Below the pieces are notes generated by a model. It saw nothing but the letters and a program-made list of their open reading frames with translations. It had not been told where the DNA came from and ran no database searches. Position numbers and translations under genes: made by a program. This document shows, one piece after another, positions 39,288-46,604 of a stretch of DNA of 64,000 nucleotides (its first letter is position 1; each line of letters begins with the position of its first letter). Source of the DNA: an uncultured Chlamydiae bacterium (lineage in GTDB: Bacteria > Chlamydiota > Chlamydiia > Chlamydiales > JAJFMA01); assembly GCA_963713615.1 (NCBI GenBank), contig CAVQMM010000001.1, positions 3,264,001-3,328,000 of the forward strand, read 5' to 3'.

Positions 39288-40566
39288 GTGATTTAGGCTC
39301 GATCTTAGAGATTCCCCCTAAATACGGCTGTAGTGCTGCCGGAATGTCTATTGTGCCATCTTCGTGTTGATTGTTTTCCAATAACGATACCATCAAGCGA
39401 GACGTGGCCAAGCCCGATCCATTTAAGGTGTGTACGAACTCTGGCTTATCCTGCTTGTGACGGAAGCGAATGGAAGAACGTCTTGCTTGGTAATCCGTGC
39501 AATTAGATATGGACGACACCTCATAGTAGCGATCCTGACCTGGCAGCCATACCTCTACATCTAGAGTACGGGCTGATCCATACGACATGTCACCAGTCAC
39601 CAACAATACGTTGCGATAATGCAATCCGAGCCCTTGTAGGATCTGCTCAGCACTAGCAATCATAAGATCGAACATTTTCATGCTCTCTTCAGGACGGCAG
39701 AAAATGAACATTTCGACTTTATTAAATTGGTGAACGCGAATCAAGCCGCGCTCCTTTTCACCAGCGGCGCCAGCTTCGCGTCGAAAGCAAGGTGTGTAGG
39801 CAATATATTTGAGGGGCAGTTCTTCTTCCGGAATGATCTCGTCCATATGTAGACCATTCAGAGAGACTTCAGCAGTAGGAATCAAGAACAGAGGAAAGTC
39901 TGTGTCGTCAAGTTTGAACTGTTGATTTCGGAATTTAGGCAGTTGACCAGATCCAAACAAGACCTCTTCCCGCACCATAACGGGAGGAATCCACTGTTCA
40001 AAACCATTCTTAATGTGAATGTCGATCATGTAGTTAATCAAAGCCCATTCCAAGCGAGCTCCAAGACCACAGTACACGGGCCATCCTCCGCCGGTGATTT
40101 TGGCACCGCGTTTGAAGTCAAAGAGCTTCAGGGATTCACCCAGCTCCATATGATTCTTGGGTGCAAAGGCCCACTCACGCTTTTTGCCCCACTCCTTTAC
40201 GACTACGTTATCGGCTGCATTTGGAGATACTTTAACATCATCCATTGGGATGTTTGGCAGCTTGGAGAGTTCGTCATGGAATTGCTTCTCTAAATCATGC
40301 ATTTGGTGATCTAAAGCATGGATCTCATCAGCACAGCTAGACATCTCCTTTAAGAGATCACTGACATCTTCACCATGTCTCTTCTTTTCGCCAATACGCT
40401 TAGAAAACTCATTGCGGTTAGCTTTGAGACTTTCCACGCGAGTCTTGACTTCACGCAATTTTTGGTCCAGTTGGCATACAAGGTCCAAGGATAGACCCGG
40501 CTCTTTGGTCCTGATCTTGCGTTCAATTTGCTCTTTGTTCTCGCGTATTTCTTTGATGTCTAACAT
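39280..40566 (-). CDS. serS: Serine-tRNA ligase
   Basis: LIPTAEV, CFRREAG, GLIRVHQFNKVE, EVSSISNCTDYQARR and HTLNGSGLA motifs. Confidence 0.98.
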   Translation of the reverse strand: MLDIKEIRENKEQIERKIRTKEPGLSLDLVCQLDQKLREVKTRVESLKANRNEFSKRIGEKKRHGEDVSDLLKEMSSCADEIHALDHQMHDLEKQFHDELSKLPNIPMDDVKVSPNAADNVVVKEWGKKREWAFAPKNHMELGESLKLFDFKRGAKITGGGWPVYCGLGARLEWALINYMIDIHIKNGFEQWIPPVMVREEVLFGSGQLPKFRNQQFKLDDTDFPLFLIPTAEVSLNGLHMDEIIPEEELPLKYIAYTPCFRREAGAAGEKERGLIRVHQFNKVEMFIFCRPEESMKMFDLMIASAEQILQGLGLHYRNVLLVTGDMSYGSARTLDVEVWLPGQDRYYEVSSISNCTDYQARRSSIRFRHKQDKPEFVHTLNGSGLATSRLMVSLLENNQHEDGTIDIPAALQPYLGGISKIEPKSRG

Positions 40567-40755
40567 GGCGGTTTTATTCCTAACTGCGGTTTTTTTAACA
40601 CTAGTATAGGTCTCAAAGGACCTTTTGTCAAATCATGGACCAAAGGAGGCTTTCCCGCTGTGCGGGAATTTTGAGAACTTTTACAGAGCTCCATTTAAAG
40701 ACGCCTGTACCCCCCTAGAGCTTTAATGAAACTATTGCTTGTTTAACTCGTTAAA

Positions 40756-40873
40756 GAGGTGATTGCAAAATTATTTAATCTTTCGAGAATCGATTCTTGG
40801 GAAAAAGAGTTCTCTTTTTTTGAGAGAAGACGACTCTGGAGGGGCTCAGATGGCTTGGCACTATCTGGCCTGG
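40756..40873 (-). repeat. Inverted, diverged right arm of element B
   Basis: GAGGTGATTGCAAAATTATTT...TGGCACTATC is the reverse complement of about 17045-17161. Confidence 0.8.
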
Positions 40874-40961
40874 CTTTAAGGCTTCATAATCGTGTTGAAT
40901 CATTTTCTTCGTTTTGTAAATGTCCATTTCTGTCCATAAAGTCCATTTATACCCTTACAAG

Positions 40962-41121
40962 GGCCTTATTCACCTTTGCGGTCAGTTTTCGGTCGACTGC
41001 AAAAGGATCGTCTGTCGCGTTTTGCTCCTCGGACATAGCTGGCGCTATGCCCTAGTCACAAACCACGACATCCGACCTTTTTCGTCCGACCGAAATTCTG
41101 ACCGTAAAGGTGAACAAGGCC
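40962..41121. mobile_element. MITE-A, 160 bp, with 8-bp target duplication CTTACAAG/CTTACGAG (1 mismatch)
   Basis: Imperfect TIRs GGCCTTATTCACCTTTGCGGTCAG / CTGACCGTAAAGGTGAACAAGGCC; no coding capacity. Confidence 0.92.
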
Positions 41122-41525
41122 CTTACGAGAATGGACATAATGAGGTAATTTCAGAAGTCCGATTTCCCGAAGTCAATTTCCTGAAAATCGGATGCTGGTG
41201 AAGAGAAAGCCATTCCCTTACCAGGCCCGAAGGGTCGATATTGCAACAGGCCAGGGCATCGCCCCATAGGCCTCAACCTAACAGGTCTTTTGAGCTTATA
41301 TCTCAATGACTTAGGACTTCACAATCGTATCTCGGCGCGCAGCGCTTTGGAGTGCGGTCGCTTGCGACCGCTTTTCGTTCCTTGGGACGGCAATGCTAAA
41401 CGGCATTGTATGGATTCGTCGAAGGCTGCATGTACTAACTATTTTACCCTTAGGGAATTATAGTAATGCCGTTGCACACGACCGTCGCAAGGAACCCAAA
41501 GCGGTCGCAAGCGACCGCACTCCAA

Positions 41526-43403
41526 CGGAAGTTCACCCCTAATTTCCCCACTACTTTGATCGTATTGTGATGAATATAAATGCTTTGCATCACTATTTTT
41601 CCGAAAAAATGTAGTCACTAAAATAATTATTCAAATATCATCTAAAATATATTGTAGATATATTTATTATGCGTATAATGTAGTCCAGTTATATGATGGA
41701 AACTGTATGTACATTGCAAAATCAACGTCCAAGTCTAAGTCTGGAAAGGTTTACGAGTCTATTTTGCTTCGTGAATCATATAGAGAGGGCACAAAGGTTA
41801 AAAACCGCACACTGGCTAATCTTTCAGGGTGTTCTAAGAGTGATATTGAGGCTATTAGGCTAGGTCTGAAACATAAGGACAATCCTACAATCTTGTCCAA
41901 GGACAGTTTTAGCATTGTTCAGGGCAGATCAGTTGGAGGAGTGTTCGTTCTAAAGCAATTGGCAGACAGTCTTGGGATCACAAAAGCCCTAGGTGATAGT
42001 TTCCACGCTAAACTTATCCTTTGGCTTGTCTTCGCAAGGATTCTTGAGCAAGGCTCTCGCCTGTCGGCGGCAAGACTGGTCCTAATCTATGATATTGCCT
42101 CCATAATCAACCTCAACCGAGGTTTTGATGAAAATGACTTTTATCAAAGCCTGCATTGGGTAGCCAAAAATCAAAGTTCCATTGAGAATTCGCTTTTCAG
42201 GCTTAGGCGTTATTCTGGGCAATTTTACTGGTACGATGTAACAAGCTCATACTTTGAGGGCACGCAAAATGCCTTGGCTGCCTATGGACACAACCGCGAC
42301 AAGAAGAAAAGAAAGAAGCAGGTCGTTATAGGGCTGTTAAGCATCAATAATGGAATGCCAGTCTCCGTCGAGGCCTTTGCAGGCAATACCCAGGACACTC
42401 TGACTTTTCAAAATCAGTTAGACAAAATTAAAGCCAGATTTGGCTGCAAGAACGTTGTCCTAGTTGGTGATAGAGGAATGATTCGGAACAAGCAGAAGCT
42501 ATTGCTAAAGGAATACGGGTTTGGATATGTCACAGCCTTGACTCTTCCTGAGATGAAATCGCTAATAGGCGCAGAGATTCTTTGTCTGGATACATTCACG
42601 AAAGATCTTCAATCGATTTGTCTTGAAGGCAAGAGATACATCTATCGGCGCAATCCTGGACGTGCTTTAGAAACCCAATCACAAAGAGAAGAACGCCTAT
42701 CTACCGCTCAAAGGCGCGTGGATCAAGAAAACAAAAAACTTGAGTCTAAGCCTACAATGTCAGCGGTGTTGGCAAAGAATCGAATACGACAATATCTAAA
42801 AAAACTATGCATTGCAGAGTGGGTCAGTGTTTCCGTCGAAAAAAGGCAATTACGTTTAGAGATCGACCAGGAGCGGCTAAAAGAAAAATCTAAGTTTGAC
42901 GGTTGTTACGTATGGACAACGGAATTAGGTAAGGAAGAAGCTTCTGACCTAGAAATTTTCGAACGATACAAAGACCTAAAATACGTTGAGGATGATTTCA
43001 GAACCTTCAAGAGCAATTTTTTGGAAATCAGGCCGATTTATGTAAGAACAGTAGAGAGCACCAAGGGGCACATATTTATCACTATGCTGGCTCATATGAT
43101 TGTAAGAGAGCTGCGTTCAAGGTTAGCTGAAGTAAATATGACTGCAGAAGAGGCCCTGCGAGTGTTAGGCCTTATATGTCAAAATTCAATAAAGTGCTCA
43201 GATGCGGTGACCATTGAAATGATCCCTGCCCCCTCCAAGGAGGCCACTAACATTTTGAGCGCTCTACAAATTACCATGCCAAAGCAAATCCAGGTGGCCA
43301 CAAGTAATGTAGTCACTAAACACAGGACAAGAAAAGGCCTCTAAAAGTCGAAAAATCAACACTTTAGGTAGGTGTTTTTTTCAAAAACAGGGGTGAACTT
43401 CCG
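41526..43403 (+). mobile_element. IS1634-family insertion sequence (1878 bp)
   Basis: 15-bp perfect TIR CGGAAGTTCACCCCT; 6-bp target duplication CTCCAA at 41520-41525 and 43404-43409. Confidence 0.93.
41707..43344 (+). CDS. IS1634-family DDE transposase
   Basis: LLRESYREG.KVKNRTLANLS, YDVTSSYFEG, GHNRD, VGDRGM, DG.YVW.T, YKDL..VE.DFR.FK and IRPIY motifs. Confidence 0.93.
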   Translation: MYIAKSTSKSKSGKVYESILLRESYREGTKVKNRTLANLSGCSKSDIEAIRLGLKHKDNPTILSKDSFSIVQGRSVGGVFVLKQLADSLGITKALGDSFHAKLILWLVFARILEQGSRLSAARLVLIYDIASIINLNRGFDENDFYQSLHWVAKNQSSIENSLFRLRRYSGQFYWYDVTSSYFEGTQNALAAYGHNRDKKKRKKQVVIGLLSINNGMPVSVEAFAGNTQDTLTFQNQLDKIKARFGCKNVVLVGDRGMIRNKQKLLLKEYGFGYVTALTLPEMKSLIGAEILCLDTFTKDLQSICLEGKRYIYRRNPGRALETQSQREERLSTAQRRVDQENKKLESKPTMSAVLAKNRIRQYLKKLCIAEWVSVSVEKRQLRLEIDQERLKEKSKFDGCYVWTTELGKEEASDLEIFERYKDLKYVEDDFRTFKSNFLEIRPIYVRTVESTKGHIFITMLAHMIVRELRSRLAEVNMTAEEALRVLGLICQNSIKCSDAVTIEMIPAPSKEATNILSALQITMPKQIQVATSNVVTKHRTRKGL

Positions 43404-43642
43404 CTCCAAAGCGCTGCGCGCCGAGATACGATTGTTAGGCTTAGGTTGAGGCCTATGGGGCGTCGCCCTGGTATATTCCAGGAAGGGATTTCGCAGTCTG
43501 AAAGACTGCCATAAGGCACTTGTATAAATAGCGTGTGAATACAGACGTCTTGTGGCAGTCTTTCAGACTGCGAAATCCCCCTTGGCATATACCAGGGCGA
43601 TGCCCTGGCCTGTTGCAACATCGACCCTTCTACCATAGGATT

Positions 43643-43885
43643 TTGCAAACGATTATCGACGGTAATAGGAAAAGACAAAAAACATTTCTCTAAGGTATCA
43701 TTTTGGCCGACGAAGGTGTGGCCGTGTGCCCTTAGCGAATGTTTGTTCGCCTGGCCCGATATGCCGCCTTCGTCGTTTGCATCATCCAATAATTCCGTTC
43801 GGGATGGTGCCAATCTTCTGATTGTGGCTCTGTAAGTAGAAGTGGAATTTGGGTGAAATTTAACGCTCACAAACACTTAACAGGG
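43643..43885 (+). ncRNA. Predicted bridge RNA in the IS110 left end (boundaries approximate)
   Basis: Two stem/internal-loop/hairpin modules (43708-43775 and 43791-43849) containing segments that match the target and donor flanks. Confidence 0.8.
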
Positions 43886-43893
43886 CATTTATC

Positions 43894-45090
43894 ATGCAAA
43901 ATCAGTCCGAACTTCGTATTTGTCTAGATATCGGTAGCGTTCGACACTATGTAGCCATAGGCTTGTCCACAGGAGAACGCATCGATGGATTTTATCTAAA
44001 CCACACTTCTGAAGACATTGAGCAGTTTTTTGAGAAAATTGAGAAGCTTAGAATTTCCTATAACATGCCTGTTGTCATGGCTATGGAGGGGTTTAATGGC
44101 TATGCTAGACCCATCGATAGATATGCTCTTGATCACGGATATTCTTTGTATAGTGTCAACAACATGAAATTGGCTAGATTTAAGGAAGTTTTTCCTGGTC
44201 CAGCCAAAACAGATCCAATTGACGCTTGGGCTATTTTTAGCTTGTTTCAAGTTCAAGAGACCTTACCGTTGGCAAAAAATATTCTGCAGAAAGTAGAGCC
44301 TCCACCGGTATGCAACGAGCAACTTAAACATATTTCAAGGCGTCGTAGAGAGTTGGTAAAAGAAAAGACAAGAATCATAAATCGACTTCAAGGGGATCTA
44401 CAGGCTGTTTGCCCCGGTCTACTGTCTATTACAAAAAATCCAGCAAATCTTTGGTTTCTACGATTTCTTGCTTCGAAGGAAGACATGACCATGTTGCTTC
44501 GAATGCAAAAAAGAAGCCTGTTGCAAATCAAGGGCGTTGGAGAGGTTTATGCAGAGGAAATTCAGAAATGGCAAAAGACGGCTAAGTTCTCTTCAAAGGT
44601 TGAGTGGATAGGAAAATTAATAGTACGAGATGTCAGAAGGCTACTCGAGATGCTAGATGAAATAGCGCAGTTGGAGGTATTGATAGAGGGTTTGATCCCA
44701 CAATCCAAGATAGCATCTCGGATTGAATCTATTCCTGGATATGGTTCCATTTGTGCCGCAGAACTCGCTGGAGAGATTGGTAGTATCGATCGGTTTAAGT
44801 CGGAGGCTAGTCTAGCGCTCTACTTGGGAATAGGAATTCTGAACAAGAGTTCTGGCCAATATGAGGGGTCTCGATCGCCTCGAAATATTAACTGGAGGGG
44901 AAAGGGAGCTATGATGACCGGAGCTGCTCGACATATACAACTATGTGATGAGGCTGCACAGTACTACAAGAAGAAGAGAGCAGAGGGAAAAAAACATAAC
45001 CAAGCAGTACGAGCATTTGCCCGTCATATGATAAGAGTAATATGGTCGATACTCATACATGACAGGGATTACCGTCAGAAGGAAGACTGA
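43894..45090 (+). CDS. IS110-family DEDD recombinase
   Basis: CLDIG, AMEG and KTDPIDA RuvC-like DEDD residues; C-terminal IPGYG...AGEIGSIDRF..LALYLG..SSG and KKHNQAVRAFARH motifs. Confidence 0.96.
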   Translation: MQNQSELRICLDIGSVRHYVAIGLSTGERIDGFYLNHTSEDIEQFFEKIEKLRISYNMPVVMAMEGFNGYARPIDRYALDHGYSLYSVNNMKLARFKEVFPGPAKTDPIDAWAIFSLFQVQETLPLAKNILQKVEPPPVCNEQLKHISRRRRELVKEKTRIINRLQGDLQAVCPGLLSITKNPANLWFLRFLASKEDMTMLLRMQKRSLLQIKGVGEVYAEEIQKWQKTAKFSSKVEWIGKLIVRDVRRLLEMLDEIAQLEVLIEGLIPQSKIASRIESIPGYGSICAAELAGEIGSIDRFKSEASLALYLGIGILNKSSGQYEGSRSPRNINWRGKGAMMTGAARHIQLCDEAAQYYKKKRAEGKKHNQAVRAFARHMIRVIWSILIHDRDYRQKED

Positions 45091-45169
45091 GTTAGTTTAG
45101 CAAACGGGCTTTGTTCTGTTTGGCCTGAATGAACAAGGTCAGCAAATTCGGCGATGTTAGCTGAGCAGA

Positions 45170-45283
45170 AAAGGAGCACGGCTACTCTGCTTCGGCAACC
45201 CCATAGGAGTTGTATACAACCTTCCTAAGTAAATTCACCGTGTCCCTTCGCAGTTGAAAGGAGCACGGCTACTCTACTTCGGC
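45170..45283 (+). repeat. 27-bp direct repeat AAAGGAGCACGGCTACTCTRCTTCGGC x2 in the IS110 right end
   Basis: Copies at 45170-45196 and 45257-45283, one mismatch, 60-bp spacer. Confidence 0.9.
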
Positions 45284-45373
45284 TCTATAAATTTAGCAAA
45301 ATTAGAAAATAATTAAAAGTTTCAAAACCGAAGGAATTGGCATCGAAAAATCGCCTGAAAGCTACGAAAAATC

Positions 45374-45396
45374 TTGAAAAATTCTAGCGGGATGTC
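45374..45396 (+). promoter_or_regulatory. Outward-facing -35 box (TTGAAA) that combines with -10 TACCAT (43631-43636) in the circular IS form
   Basis: Exactly 17 bp from TTGAAA to TACCAT across the reconstructed junction. Confidence 0.82.
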
Positions 45397-45703
45397 GGGC
45401 CTGGGAAGTGATATAAGCCTGTGTCTCCAGAACCCGATAGTGTCACGCCATTTGAGCTCTCCAGAATCGCCGTCTCGCAAAAAAAGTAACCTTTTTTCTA
45501 AGAATCGATCCTTAAAGACTCAAATAATTTTGCATTTACCCCCTTAGGTCTTTTGGTCCATCCAAGAGCGACCGCTCCCTGCATTTCTCAACAACCCAAG
45601 CGAACAGCAATCTTGGATTATTTTGTTAAATCCTCTAACATTGATTTTTTTAAAATGACAATAATTAGACATCATTATATAATTTAATTAAAAGGGGGTT
45701 ACT

Positions 45704-45910
45704 ATGGAAGAATACAATGTCCGTGTGCCCGGGCTACCTCCTGGTCAGGAGTTCCAGAAAGTTAAAGTGCGAACAAATAAAGCTACTGCGGCAGGTTCTC
45801 CCGCCAAAAAAGACAAAAAACCTCGCAAAGTGGAAAACGATGAGAATGTTGCTAAAAATATCACCAATATAGCTAGTGCGGCATTTGACCCTAATCACTT
45901 CAAGAAGTAA
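45704..45910 (+). CDS. Small basic hypothetical protein
   Basis: 68 aa with a GGGGG RBS-like motif and an AT-rich upstream region. Confidence 0.55.
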   Translation: MEEYNVRVPGLPPGQEFQKVKVRTNKATAAGSPAKKDKKPRKVENDENVAKNITNIASAAFDPNHFKK

Positions 45911-45919
45911 GTCCGGTGC

Positions 45920-46195
45920 CTACTCTTCATAAATATCTTTGCGATGACGAATAGCCACGATGATCACTGTATTTTCATTAATTCGATAGACGATCCTGTA
46001 GTCTCCCACACGCAAACGCCGATGCCCTTTTAGGCTATAACGTAAGGGCTTTCCGTAGCTAACGGGATCAACCATTAGCCGATCGGTGATCGCGCTGATG
46101 ATTCTCTTTCTGGATGAAGCGTCTAGATCTGGAATGTGTTCTTTGACAACAACAGACAGATATTCAATGACATACTTGTTCCTATTTCCAGGCAT
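45920..46195 (-). CDS. RelE/ParE family type II toxin
   Basis: GKPLRYSLKGHRRLRVGDYRIVY and IRHRKDIY motifs; ATG overlaps the antitoxin 3' end. Confidence 0.92.
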   Translation of the reverse strand: MPGNRNKYVIEYLSVVVKEHIPDLDASSRKRIISAITDRLMVDPVSYGKPLRYSLKGHRRLRVGDYRIVYRINENTVIIVAIRHRKDIYEE

Positions 46196-46409
46196 CTTCG
46201 TGAGAAACCGTCTTGCGGCGCTTGGATCGTTTTTCGGAATCCTCGGCAATCTTCGACAAAGCGATATCTTCTCGGAGTTCGAGCGCTTCACAAATCAATT
46301 CTTTTGCAATGCTAGAGATCGATTTCTGTTCTTTTTTAGAGAGAGAACCCAAAATCTCAAGTATGGGGCTATCAAAGGTTACACTGATTCGAGGGTTTTT
46401 GGTAGTCAT
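46182..46409 (-). CDS. RHH/CopG-type antitoxin
   Basis: NPRISVT...SISSIAKELI.EALE.RED...VSHEDAW; lies upstream of the toxin. Confidence 0.88.
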   Translation of the reverse strand: MTTKNPRISVTFDSPILEILGSLSKKEQKSISSIAKELICEALELREDIALSKIAEDSEKRSKRRKTVSHEDAWK

Positions 46410-46604
46410 GGTAACACCTCACTTTCTATCCATATTGTATCACTTATGCATCACTATGTCAAAGAGTCATGCAGCACGAAGAGGGACAAAATACAGGCAA
46501 GTCACGCGGTTGCATTAAAAGCGTGCTGTCCCCATTTGCCTTACGTCTTCCCGTGATTCGGCCTTTTGATGTAGAATATTGCCGCATCCCCGATTACCTA
46601 AGGA

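Larger units (their letters stand above)
43631..45396 (+). mobile_element. IS110-family element (1766 bp including one TC core) inserted in a REP-like hairpin
   Basis: The empty site GACCCTTCGGGCCT is split as GACCCT-TC|TACCAT...GGGATG-TC|GGGCCT; no TIRs or TSD. Confidence 0.93.
41142..45542. mobile_element. Nested element B, copy 3, interrupted by IS1634 and IS110
   Basis: Removing both IS elements rebuilds an element of about 751 bp colinear with copy 2. Confidence 0.9.

Noticed and set aside
40759..41201. ORFs across MITE-A (also 54310-54606 and 14465-14722)
   Set aside because: Chance open frames through a non-coding MITE, with no transposase motifs
43364..43876. 170-aa minus-strand ORF
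   Set aside because: It spans three independent elements (IS1634 end, element B, IS110 left end), so it cannot be one evolved gene
45170..45283. CRISPR or TIGR array
   Set aside because: Only two repeats, a 60-bp spacer, no cas genes, and no clear box C/D periodicity; kept only as an unexplained repeat
43631..45396. IS1111-type subterminal inverted repeats
   Set aside because: No convincing IR near the ends, and the guide-like matches lie in the left end, fitting the IS110 group
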